Positions 31,292-40,674 of a stretch of DNA of 64,000 nt are shown piece by piece (position 1 is the stretch's first letter; each line of letters starts with the position of its first letter). The DNA is from Candidatus Multivoradales bacterium (GTDB lineage: Bacteria; Acidobacteriota; Thermoanaerobaculia; Multivoradales; JAHEKO01): NCBI GenBank assembly GCA_965223155.1, contig CBDCVR010000014.1, forward strand, positions 1,120,001-1,184,000, given 5' to 3'. A program made the position numbers and the translations under genes. The notes under the pieces are model-generated. The model saw only the letters and a list, made by a program, of their open reading frames with translations, was not told where the DNA came from and searched no databases.

Positions 31292-31962
31292 GCCGCCTCC
31301 GCAATTCGTCGCATCATCGGAATGGTCTCCTTGGGTCCCTCGCCAGCAAACGTTGCCGAGCCCGCGACGACTACATCGGCTCCGGCCCGAACGACCTCGG
31401 CGAGATTGCTCGGACCGACGCCCCCATCGACCTCGATCTCGACGCCGCCACCGGCGGCGTCGAGCATCCGCCGCAGCCGGCCGATCTTGTCCAACACATA
31501 GGGCACGAAGCTCTGACCTGCGAATCCCGGGTTCACGGACATGACGAGAACGAAATCAAGCGCCGGAACGACGTCCCGCAAGACTTCGACCGGCGTCGCG
31601 GGGTTGATCGCCACTCCGGCCCCCGCTCCTTTCTCCCGGATCCGTTGCAACAGGCGATCCAGGTGCGCGGTCGCTTCCCAATGCACCGCGACCCTCTCGG
31701 GCTTGGTTGCCAGGTACTCGTCGAGCAGGGCACTCGGATTCGAGACCATCAGATGCAAGTCCAAGGGAACATCGGTCGTCCGGGCAAGATCGGCCACCAC
31801 CGGCGCTCCGAAGGTCAGGTTTGGCACGAAATGGCCGTCCATGACGTCGAGGTGCAGCAGATCGGCGCCGGCCTCTGCACACCTCCGGGCCTCGGCGGCC
31901 AAGCGCGACAGATCGCCGCCGAGAAGCGACGGAGAGAGCTTCACTTCAGCTTGCCGTCCCAT
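31288..31962 (-). CDS. rpe: Ribulose-phosphate 3-epimerase
   Basis: HLDVMDGHFVPNLTFG, DLHLM, MSVNPGFAGQ, EVDGG. Confidence 0.96.
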   Translation of the reverse strand: MGRQAEVKLSPSLLGGDLSRLAAEARRCAEAGADLLHLDVMDGHFVPNLTFGAPVVADLARTTDVPLDLHLMVSNPSALLDEYLATKPERVAVHWEATAHLDRLLQRIREKGAGAGVAINPATPVEVLRDVVPALDFVLVMSVNPGFAGQSFVPYVLDKIGRLRRMLDAAGGGVEIEVDGGVGPSNLAEVVRAGADVVVAGSATFAGEGPKETIPMMRRIAEAA

Positions 31963-32686
31963 CCGCGGTCACGACCAGGGAGACGACGTCCGACTCGCGC
32001 AACGCATGTCCCGGCTGAGGGTACTGGCGCAGGATGACGCCGTGGGCGATGCCCTCGTAGTCCTCGAACTTGACGCCGCCCAGGCGGACGTTGCGCCGGG
32101 CGAAGTATTGCCGCACCTCGTCGTAGTCGCGGTAGATGAGGTCGGGCATGACGAAAACTGCCGAGCGCTCTTCCAGGCTCAAGAACAGATCCACCTTCTG
32201 CCCGCGCGCCGCTCGGGCACCGGGTGGCGGATTCTGGTCAACCACCGTCCCCGGCGGCCCGCCGTCGCTGTAGACGTTAGCCACCGCGCCGACCGAGAGT
32301 CCCTTGGCGGCCAGCGTCACCTGAGCGGCCTGAAGCGCCCGATCGGTGACGTCCGGCACCGCGATCACCTCTTGTCCTAAGGACGGCACCGCCCGAATGA
32401 CAGCGCCGCGCTTGACCAAGCTTCCCGGCCGTGGGCGCTGGCGCACGACGTGCCCCGGAGCGATCGATTCATGATGCTGCGCTTCGGCCGTCCACTCCAG
32501 CCGCAGTCCGCTCACGGCCGCCGCCTGCGCCGACTCCTCCGGGGAGAGCCCCTCGAGCTCGGGCACGGTGGTCACGCCGCTGCGGACAAAGTAGTTGAAG
32601 GAAAAGTAGGCGCTGGCCATCGAAATCGCCAGCAGCACGGCGGCTCCTCCGAGCCATCCGGCGAGTCGCGCGAGCTTGCCCGCCAC
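31946..32686 (-). CDS. Membrane-anchored protein with three PASTA domains
   Basis: N-terminal TM; VPELEG, VPDVT and MPDLI repeats with Q.P.PG motifs; GTG overlaps the upstream TAG. Confidence 0.85.
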   Translation of the reverse strand: MAGKLARLAGWLGGAAVLLAISMASAYFSFNYFVRSGVTTVPELEGLSPEESAQAAAVSGLRLEWTAEAQHHESIAPGHVVRQRPRPGSLVKRGAVIRAVPSLGQEVIAVPDVTDRALQAAQVTLAAKGLSVGAVANVYSDGGPPGTVVDQNPPPGARAARGQKVDLFLSLEERSAVFVMPDLIYRDYDEVRQYFARRNVRLGGVKFEDYEGIAHGVILRQYPQPGHALRESDVVSLVVTADGTAS

Positions 32687-33192
32687 TAATTCACCCAGCG
32701 ATCGATCCAGCCGTTGATCACCGCCCGCGGATAGTTGACGGTGCTCGACGCCCCACCCTTGAGCGTGGCCAGGGTCTCGGTCACGGCTTGCTCGGCAGCG
32801 GGCGCGGGCGCCGCGTACCACCGCACCCGCTCATCGCGACCCACCAGAATGAAAGCCGAGGCAGCGAGGCCGCCTCCCTCCCCGACGCCGTACTCGCGCG
32901 AGAAGTTCCGGTCGTCCGAAAGAAGCGGAAAGCCCAGACCCAGCTCGCGCTGCGTGGCCTTGAGCGCTTCCAGCTTGGCCGGGGACACACCCAGAACCCG
33001 AACGCCCTCGCGGGCGAGAGCCGGCAGCGCCGCGCCCAGAGCCGAAAGGACCCCGTGGGCGCCGTCCGGCTCACCAAAAAAATACAGCAGGACCGGCGTC
33101 CGCGGCACCTCGTCACGGAGCATCAGGATCGCGTCTTCGGTCGAGGCGAGATCGAAGTTCGGGGCCGGAGCGTCAACTTGAATCTTCGGCAT
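32686..33192 (-). CDS. Peroxiredoxin/BCP-like (AhpC-TSA fold) protein lacking cysteine
   Basis: APNFDL, PVLLYFF, VLGVS, LGFPLLSD, YGV; no Cys anywhere in the ORF. Confidence 0.7.
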   Translation of the reverse strand: MPKIQVDAPAPNFDLASTEDAILMLRDEVPRTPVLLYFFGEPDGAHGVLSALGAALPALAREGVRVLGVSPAKLEALKATQRELGLGFPLLSDDRNFSREYGVGEGGGLAASAFILVGRDERVRWYAAPAPAAEQAVTETLATLKGGASSTVNYPRAVINGWIDRWVN

Positions 33193-33207
33193 GCGGAGAC
33201 TCCTTCT

Positions 33208-34533
33208 TCAGGAACCGGGTACGAGACCCTCCGGAATGACCTTGCGGAGATCGAAGTAGAGCACCATCACCATGAGCATCACGATAAGCACGAAGCCCAC
33301 CTGGTTGACCCGCTCCTTGAAGGTAAGCGATAGATCCCGGCGAAACAGGCTCTCGACCAGGAGGATCAGGATCTGTCCGCCGTCCAGGACCGGCACCGGC
33401 AGCAGGTTGAGGATCGCGATGCTGATGGAGATGAGACCCATCAAGTGCAACAGATCTTCGAAGCCCGAGCGGGCGGCGGCACCGCTGAGTGCCGCGATCT
33501 GAATCGGACCCGAAAGGGCGCTCTTCGCCGCCAACCGGCCGGTGAAGATCTTGCCCAGCACCGCGAAGGTCTGCCGGGTCACGTCCCAGTTGAACCGCAC
33601 GCTCTGCCTGACGGCTTCAAGAGGGCCGAAGCGCTGGAACGTCGTCGAGGACAGGCTGACACCGATCCAGCCGCGACCCTCCTTGTCTTTGGGCACCACG
33701 GTTATCTCGGCTGGCGTCGAATCGCGCCAAACCTCGATCGCCACCGGCACGCCGGGGCGCTCGGACAGGTACTCGATGAACTGCGCCTGGCTGCTCACGG
33801 GCCTTCCGTCCAAGACGCGAATCTCGTCCCCGACCTCGAGTCCGGCCGCCTCGGCGGGATCGCCCGGAAACAGGCCGGCCACCCGCGGCAGCGTCTTGGG
33901 GAAGACCCCAGCGTCACCGAACTCGTACTTGGGAACGACGTCCGGCACGACCGTGGTTCGGATCCTCTGCCCGCCACGGTCCAGCTCGAGCGCCACCGGT
34001 CTGCCGGGCGCCGTGAGCAGCGCGAAGCGCACTTCCTCCCAACGCTCGACGGACTCGCCGTCCACCGTCACCACGACGTCGTCGGCCTGGATCCCGGCCG
34101 TCGCGGCCGGAGAGTCGGCCCGGACGCTCCCCACGACCGCCGGAATGTCCGCCGGGGCGGCGACCTCGATCCCGACCATGAACACGATCGCCACCAGGAC
34201 GATCGCCAGGATCACGTTCATCGCCGGACCGGCGAGGTAGACGACGATTCGCTGCCAGCGCGGCCGGTTCAGAAACTCACCGGGATCATCGTCGCCCACT
34301 TCGGACGGATCCTCGCCACTGAGCTGGACGTAGCCGCCAAGCGGAATCAAGGAAACCCGGTAGTCGGTGCCGCCCCGCTCGAAGCCCCAGAGCCGCCGGC
34401 CGAAGCCCAGCGAAAAGACGTTCGCCCGGATGCCGAAGAACTTGGCGGCAATCAGGTGACCGGCCTCGTGGACGAAGATGATGACGCCCAGCGCGAACAG
34501 AAAGGCGAGCGAATTCGAGAACAGATTGAGCAT
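33208..34533 (-). CDS. rseP: RIP metalloprotease RseP (two PDZ domains)
   Basis: HEAGH, IPLGGYV, AGPAMN, NLLPVPVLDGG. Confidence 0.95.
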   Translation of the reverse strand: MLNLFSNSLAFLFALGVIIFVHEAGHLIAAKFFGIRANVFSLGFGRRLWGFERGGTDYRVSLIPLGGYVQLSGEDPSEVGDDDPGEFLNRPRWQRIVVYLAGPAMNVILAIVLVAIVFMVGIEVAAPADIPAVVGSVRADSPAATAGIQADDVVVTVDGESVERWEEVRFALLTAPGRPVALELDRGGQRIRTTVVPDVVPKYEFGDAGVFPKTLPRVAGLFPGDPAEAAGLEVGDEIRVLDGRPVSSQAQFIEYLSERPGVPVAIEVWRDSTPAEITVVPKDKEGRGWIGVSLSSTTFQRFGPLEAVRQSVRFNWDVTRQTFAVLGKIFTGRLAAKSALSGPIQIAALSGAAARSGFEDLLHLMGLISISIAILNLLPVPVLDGGQILILLVESLFRRDLSLTFKERVNQVGFVLIVMLMVMVLYFDLRKVIPEGLVPGS

Positions 34534-34598
34534 CGAAAAAGGACGGATCGAGGCCCGCGGGGGCGGCCTCGTGGCCGCCCATCATACACGCGGCTCGG

Positions 34599-35414
34599 CT
34601 AGCCTTCCAGCCAGGAAACGACGGCCGCAAGAGCCGGCGCGGCGAGCAGCAACGAGTCCAGGCGGTCCAGCATTCCGCCATGTCCGGGCAGGAGATTCCC
34701 GGAATCCTTGACCCCCGCGAGGCGCTTGTACAGCGACTCGATGAGATCCCCGGCCTGGCCCACGATCGACACCAAGGCGGCGGCGGCGAGAGTGCCGGCC
34801 GAGAGGCCCGCGCCCGGCCCGAGGCTCCACACGGCGCCGGCCAGAATTCCCAGAGCCAAGCCTCCCACGGCGCCTTCCCAAGTCTTCTTCGGGCTGAGCA
34901 ACGGCGCCAGCTTGCGCCGGCCCCAGAGCGAACCGCTATAGAACGCTCCAGCGTCGGTCGCCCAGACCACCGCCAGCAGAAAGACAACCGGCCACGGGCC
35001 GTCGGCCCTCAGCCGGTCGAACGCCACGATCGGCAGGGCGAAATACAGAGTGCCGAAGCCCAGAACACCCAGGCTCACGGCCCGCTGGCGGACCGACCCG
35101 CCCGCGACGAGAACCCAGAGTCCGATTCCGGAGGTCAGAAGCAAGGTCAGGGCCCACGTCCGCTCAGCATCGGGAAGACCGGCGCCCGGTAGAGCGTCAA
35201 GCCGGGCCAAGAGCAGCCAAGCCGCACCCAGCACCGTGACCGGCAAGGCCGCAATCGCTCGGCTCGCGTCCAGCCGGCGCCCGATCCGGACCGCCTCCAA
35301 GGTAGCGATGCCGACCAGGAGGGCCAAGCACACCAGAAATCCGACCCGCGGAAGCAAGAACACCGCCGCGAGAGCCAGCGGACCCAAGACGATCGCGGTC
35401 AGGACCCGCTTCAT
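34599..35414 (-). CDS. cdsA: Phosphatidate cytidylyltransferase
   Basis: SPKKTWEG, GDLIESLYKR..GVKDSGNLLPGHGGMLDRLDS. Confidence 0.95.
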   Translation of the reverse strand: MKRVLTAIVLGPLALAAVFLLPRVGFLVCLALLVGIATLEAVRIGRRLDASRAIAALPVTVLGAAWLLLARLDALPGAGLPDAERTWALTLLLTSGIGLWVLVAGGSVRQRAVSLGVLGFGTLYFALPIVAFDRLRADGPWPVVFLLAVVWATDAGAFYSGSLWGRRKLAPLLSPKKTWEGAVGGLALGILAGAVWSLGPGAGLSAGTLAAAALVSIVGQAGDLIESLYKRLAGVKDSGNLLPGHGGMLDRLDSLLLAAPALAAVVSWLEG

Positions 35415-35485
35415 GGGCTCAGGCGCCAGCGGCGAAGCGACACGCGCGCGAGACGATAGCCGGCCATGCGGTCTAGCTCAGCCGG

Positions 35486-36292
35486 TCAGCTTCGCCGGGT
35501 TTTTCGATCCGGTTCGGTGGCCTCGTCCTCGACGAGCCCGCCGAAGCGCCGGTTGCGGGACTGATAGTCGAGCAGGGCCGAATACAGATGCCCGCGCCGG
35601 AAGTCGGGCCACAGCGTGTCGCTGAACACGATCTCGGCGTAGGAGATTTGCCAGAGCAGGAAGTTGCTGATCCGCTGCTCGCCGGAGGTCCGGATCAAGA
35701 GGTCCGGGTCGGGCAGGCCCGCGGTGTAGAGGTACCGATCCAGCGTCTCTTCATCGATGTCGGTGCCCTTGCCCTGGGCCCAGTCGGAAACAATCTGCCG
35801 GCAGGCATCAACGATCTCGGAACGGCCCGAGTAGTTGAGCGCGATATTGAGTCGCAGACCCTTACAGCCGGCGGTCGTCTTCTGGGCGTCGTCGATGAGG
35901 CGCACCACGGACGGATCCAGTTCACGCCAGCGGCCCAGAACGGTCAAACGAATGTCGTTCTGGAGCATGGTGTCGAGCTCGCGACGCAGGTACTCCTTGA
36001 GCAGATTCATCAGTGTCCAGACCTCGAACCGCGGCCGCTTCCAGTTCTCGGTCGAGAAGGCGTACAGCGTCAGAGCCTCGAGGCCGATCTCGGCGGCTGC
36101 CTCGATGGTGTCGCGAACCGCCGCCACCCCAGCGCGATGGCCTTCCACTCGCGCCTTGCCACGCGCCTGCGCCCAGCGGCCGTTACCGTCCATGATGACG
36201 GCAACGTGGCGCGGCAAGCCCTCGGGATGGAGCTTCCGCAGAACGAGATCATCGGCGGATCCCGGCTCCGCCAGCTTTCGGGGCTTGGTCAT
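35486..36292 (-). CDS. uppS: Undecaprenyl diphosphate synthase
   Basis: HVAVIMDGNGRWA, YAFSTENWKRP, LLIRTSGEQRISNFLLWQ. Confidence 0.96.
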   Translation of the reverse strand: MTKPRKLAEPGSADDLVLRKLHPEGLPRHVAVIMDGNGRWAQARGKARVEGHRAGVAAVRDTIEAAAEIGLEALTLYAFSTENWKRPRFEVWTLMNLLKEYLRRELDTMLQNDIRLTVLGRWRELDPSVVRLIDDAQKTTAGCKGLRLNIALNYSGRSEIVDACRQIVSDWAQGKGTDIDEETLDRYLYTAGLPDPDLLIRTSGEQRISNFLLWQISYAEIVFSDTLWPDFRRGHLYSALLDYQSRNRRFGGLVEDEATEPDRKTRRS

Positions 36293-36377
36293 CGAAAGAA
36301 TGGCTCTTCGCGAGACCGTAACAATACCATAGCCCCCCCGGGCAAGCGCCGCCTCGAGACCGGGCTAGAAGAGCGCC

Positions 36378-37169
36378 TCAGCCGGACTCCGGCGCCTCGG
36401 CGTCGGTCGTTTCCACTGGTTCTTCTCCGTACCGGACCCAGTCCAGGACCAGGCCCCGGGCGGGGGCCGTAGCTCCCGCTTCCGACCGTGGTCCACCGCG
36501 CAAGAGGGCGGCAAACCCGGTCTCGGATCGCTTGCCTTCGCCCACTTCCAGAAGCGTCCCGGCGATCGATCGCACCATCCCGCGCAAGAATCCGGTGCCT
36601 TCCATCGACATCCGAAGCTCCGGACCGTGGTCGGCAAGCTCGACCCGCAGGATCTCCCGGACCGGACTGCGGTGGGCGCCGCCGGCGAGCGCGAAGGCCG
36701 AGAAATCGTGGCGTCCCACCAAGACCGTCGCCGCGCGCCGCATGGATTCGACGTCGAGCTTGTCGCCAACGCGGACACAGAACGGAGCATCGAGCGGCGA
36801 GAGCACGTCGGCCCGCATCCATCGATACGTGTACTGCTTGCTCGCCGCGTGCTTGCGAGCGTGAAAGCCCGCAGGCATCCGGCGCGCCTGGAGCACCCGT
36901 ATGTCCTCGGGAAGGCGGTGGTTGGCGCCGTAAACGAGCGCCCGGTCCGGAATCGCCGCGACACCAGATTCCCATTCGACGTGAGCAACTTGGCCCCGAG
37001 CATGGACGCCCCGATCGGTTCTCCCGGCTCCCACAATGCGTACGCGTTCGCCGGCCAACGCGGTCAGCGCCTCCTCCACGGTCTCTTGAACGGAACGGCC
37101 GTTGGGCTGGCGCTGCCAGCCGCAGTACGCCCCACCCCGATAGGAAAGGGTCAAGGCCGGAACCGTCAT
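36378..37169 (-). CDS. truA: tRNA pseudouridine(38-40) synthase
   Basis: GWQRQP, GAGRTDRGVHARGQV, GRHDFSAF, FLRGMVR, TAPARGL. Confidence 0.93.
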   Translation of the reverse strand: MTVPALTLSYRGGAYCGWQRQPNGRSVQETVEEALTALAGERVRIVGAGRTDRGVHARGQVAHVEWESGVAAIPDRALVYGANHRLPEDIRVLQARRMPAGFHARKHAASKQYTYRWMRADVLSPLDAPFCVRVGDKLDVESMRRAATVLVGRHDFSAFALAGGAHRSPVREILRVELADHGPELRMSMEGTGFLRGMVRSIAGTLLEVGEGKRSETGFAALLRGGPRSEAGATAPARGLVLDWVRYGEEPVETTDAEAPESG

Positions 37170-38503
37170 TCGTCTCTCCAGGCCAGGACCCGGGTAACCG
37201 CGTACGGCGCCCAGCACGCCAAGAAGACCATCGGCATGAGAGGCATATTGGCGAATTGAGCCAGGTACGACAAGACGCCACAGCCGGCGAGCAGCAACCA
37301 GGGCACGAAACCCAGGAGCGCCGCCAGCGGCAGCAGCCACAGCGTGTACCAGGGATAGACCGTCGCCGAGCACACCAGGACCGCCTCGAGAGCGCCGCCG
37401 GTCGCGCGCACCGGATCCCGGTGACGCCACGAGCGCGCCACCAGCAAGAGGGCCAGCGGAGCCAGAAGCAGCCGCGCGTGAAACTTGGGATAGTTGCGCG
37501 GATAGAGCGAGCTCCAGAAGTCGTGGCCGCCCGAGCGTTCCTTGACCCGGTCCAGAGCGGCCGCGACCCGCTCCCGGCTGTCCAGCCGATCCAGGCCACG
37601 CCACAACGGCTCGTAGATCGGTCCGTTGTACTCCCAGGAGACTCCGAACGTCGCGTAGCCCGAGGGTACGCCACGCGCCGAGGCCACGACCGGGGCGTAG
37701 GCGAGGGCGACCACCACCACGACCCAGGTCAGAAAGCGCCAGGGCCGTCCGCTGGCGCGCGCCCAGCTCGGAAGCGCCACCAACGGCATCAGCTTGGCCA
37801 GAATTCCGGCCGCGGCCGCCAGCGCCGCAAGTCTCCGGTCGCCCCCCGACTGGAGCAGCCAGAGCGTGCCCAAGAGGGCGGCTATGGCTACGGCATCGAC
37901 GTGACCCATGCCGGCGAACTCAAGAGCCACGAGAGGATTCCACGCGTACCAGACGACACCGCGCAGGCTGCCGTTGCGTCTCCGCGCCAGCAGGCACAAG
38001 AACCAGCAGCCGGCCAGGTCGGCCAGAACCACCAGGATCTTCCAGATCGTCGGCGAGAACGGCGAGGCCGCCGCGACGCGGAAGAGCGTCAAGGCCAGAG
38101 GCGGATAGACGGTCGCGACCTCGGCGTGCGGCACCGGCACCGGCCGCTCGCGGCGCAGCTCGTCGAGCTCTGGAGCGCTGGGGGCGAGGACATAGGGATT
38201 CCGGCCCGACTGCGCGACCTGGCCGTCCCAGAGGTAGCGGTCCGCATCCTCGGAAAGAGTCGCCGGCACGGGCACAAGGAGCGCCCGCGCCAGAACCGCG
38301 CCGGCCAGGACCGTACGCGCCCGCGGCGAAAAACTGGCCCGAGCCAGGAGCGTCAGACCGGTCAAGCCAGCGGCCACCGCGCCGAGCATCCAGTAGGGAT
38401 TCGCCGCCAGGTCCCAGAGCGCCAACAAGCTCAGATGGGAGACCGCTACCAGTATGATTCCCGGTCCAACGTAGCGGGGCAGGCGCTCCTGTGACTGGGG
38501 CAT
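37166..38503 (-). CDS. Polytopic GT-C (GT87-like) membrane glycosyltransferase
   Basis: LSEDADRYLWDG, NPY, TVYPP, YAWNPLV..E..G.GH.D, TVYPWY. Confidence 0.75.
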   Translation of the reverse strand: MPQSQERLPRYVGPGIILVAVSHLSLLALWDLAANPYWMLGAVAAGLTGLTLLARASFSPRARTVLAGAVLARALLVPVPATLSEDADRYLWDGQVAQSGRNPYVLAPSAPELDELRRERPVPVPHAEVATVYPPLALTLFRVAAASPFSPTIWKILVVLADLAGCWFLCLLARRRNGSLRGVVWYAWNPLVALEFAGMGHVDAVAIAALLGTLWLLQSGGDRRLAALAAAAGILAKLMPLVALPSWARASGRPWRFLTWVVVVVALAYAPVVASARGVPSGYATFGVSWEYNGPIYEPLWRGLDRLDSRERVAAALDRVKERSGGHDFWSSLYPRNYPKFHARLLLAPLALLLVARSWRHRDPVRATGGALEAVLVCSATVYPWYTLWLLPLAALLGFVPWLLLAGCGVLSYLAQFANMPLMPMVFLACWAPYAVTRVLAWRDE

Positions 38504-38516
38504 GTCCGACTCAAGC

Positions 38517-40027
38517 ATGACGTACCTACCGCAGCTCGTTCTCCTCACCTACTACGCCACCCTGGCCGCGCTGGCTCTCTACGGCAGCCACCGCCTCCTG
38601 CTGCTGGTGGTCTTTTATCGTACTCGCCGCAACCGGCCACGGCCGGTCCCGGAACCTCGAACCTGGCCGCGCGTGACCGTCCAACTGCCCCTCTACAACG
38701 AGATGTACGTCGCCGAGCGGCTGATTCGAGCGGCAGCAGCGCTCGACTACCCCGCCGACCGCCTGGAGATTCAGGTGCTCGACGATTCCACCGACGAGAC
38801 CCGGGACATCGTGGCTCGGGTCGTCGCCGAGCGCCGCGCCGCCGGCGTTGCCATCCGCCACGTCCGTCGAGACGATCGCACCGGATTCAAGGCCGGCGCT
38901 CTCGAGCACGGCCTGGCGCTCGCCGGCGGCCAACTCATCGCCATCTTCGACGCCGATTTCGTGCCCCAGGCCAGCTTCTTGCGCGAGACGGTCCCCCACT
39001 TCTGCCATCCCGAGGGCGGAGCCGACGTGGGAATGGTCCAGGCTTGCTGGGACCACCTCAACCGGGACTACTCGCTGCTGACCAGGATTCAAGCCATCTT
39101 CCTCGACGGCCACTTCCTGATCGAGCACGCGGCCGCAACCGGAGCGGCTGTTTCTTCAATTTCAACGGTACCGCCGGCGTCTGGCGCCGCCAGACGATCG
39201 AGGACGCCGGTGGCTGGCAGCACGACACCCTGACCGAGGACCTGGATCTTTCCTACCGCGCGCAGCTCGCCGGCTGGCGGTTTCTGTTCCTGTCCGACGT
39301 CAAGGTGCCGGCCGAGCTTCCAGTCGAGATCAACGCTTTCAAGCGCCAGCAGTTTCGCTGGGCCAAGGGCTCGATCCAGACCGGCAGGAAGCTGCTCGGC
39401 CGGATCCTGCGCGCCCCGCTGCCCTGGACCACGAAGCTCGAAGCCGCCGTGCATCTCACCAATAACGTGAGCTATCTCCTCATGGTGGTGCTGTCGATCC
39501 TGATCTTTCCCGCCATGGTCTTCCGGCGAGGCGCCGGGGTCTCGTCGCTGTTGCTGATCGATCTGCCGCTCTTTCTGTGCGCGACCGTTTCCGTCCTGGC
39601 GTTCTACCTGGCCAGCCAGATGGTCGCCCGCAGCGACTGGCGAACCCGGCTGCGCCAGCTGGTACCGCTCATGGGCCTGGGCATCGGACTCGCCATCAAC
39701 AACTCCCGCGCCGTGCTCCAGGGATTCTCCAAGGACGTTGGCGTTTTCGAACGCACGCCCAAGTACCGGATCGAGTCGAACGGCGACCGCTGGCGGCAGA
39801 AACGCTACCGTGTCCGGCCCAACATGGCGACCGTGCTCGAAGGACTCTTCGCCGCCTGGTTTCTGCTGGTTTTCATCGTCGCCTGGAACTGGGGCATGTG
39901 GGCGTCCCTGCCCTTTCTCTACCTCTTCCTCCAGGGCTACTGCTACATGTACCTGCTGTCCTCGGCGTCCTCGGGCTTCGCCGGCCGACTTGCGGCCCGG
40001 GCGCGCAACGCTCTGCCGGCCGACTAG
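38517..40027 (+). CDS. Cellulose-synthase-like GT2 glycosyltransferase, frameshifted at ~39134 (1-bp deletion; sequencing error or recent pseudogene)
   Basis: First frame: VTVQLPLYNE, QVLDDSTD, GFKAGAL, FDADF. Second frame: FNFNGTAGVWR, TLTEDLDLSYR, QQFRWAKG. Adding one C at 39133-39134 joins them as IEHAARNRSG. Confidence 0.85.
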
Positions 40028-40033
40028 CCGCTC

Positions 40034-40612
40034 GTGACGCGAGCCACGACGACCGCGGCCGACTCCCGGGGCACGGTGAATCTCAGGCCGGTGCGGCCTG
40101 CCGACGCCGCCCTTCTCGACCAGTGGCGCCGCGAACCCAGCGTCCGCCGCTTCCAACCGCTGTCCGAGGCTTCCGGCGCGGAGCTGGTTCGTCACCTGGA
40201 TCGGAACCGGCCCGAGGATCTCTACCGCGGCACCGGAGATCGCTACCAGTGGATCCTCTCGACCGGAGACCGGCCGGCGGGCTGGATCACCCTCGCCATC
40301 GTCAACTGGAGGCACGGTCTCGCCGAGATCGGCTATGCGGTATCGACGCCGTTTCAAGGACGCGGGCTGGTCGCTCTGGGGCTGACACAGCTCCTGGACG
40401 ACCTCTTCGAACGCACCGACCTGCGGCGGATAGAGGCCCGCTGCGCGATCGACAACCGGGCCTCGCGGGCGGTACTCGAGAAGCTCGGCTTCGCCTTCGA
40501 AGGAGAGCTTCGAGAGTACTTCGTCCTGCGGGGGCAACCGGTGGACAACGCCTTGTACGCGATCCTCAGACGCGACTGGCTCGCCCGCGACAGCGACGGC
40601 GGCCAGCGGTAG
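40034..40612 (+). CDS. GNAT acetyltransferase (RimJ/RimL type)
   Basis: AEIGY....QGRG, NRASRAVLEKLGF..EG.LR. Confidence 0.88.
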   Translation: MTRATTTAADSRGTVNLRPVRPADAALLDQWRREPSVRRFQPLSEASGAELVRHLDRNRPEDLYRGTGDRYQWILSTGDRPAGWITLAIVNWRHGLAEIGYAVSTPFQGRGLVALGLTQLLDDLFERTDLRRIEARCAIDNRASRAVLEKLGFAFEGELREYFVLRGQPVDNALYAILRRDWLARDSDGGQR

Positions 40613-40674
40613 CCAGCGAACCCAGAGCTCGGGCCGCCCACTCCGACCTGTCCGTCTTCCGACGGACGGCTGCG

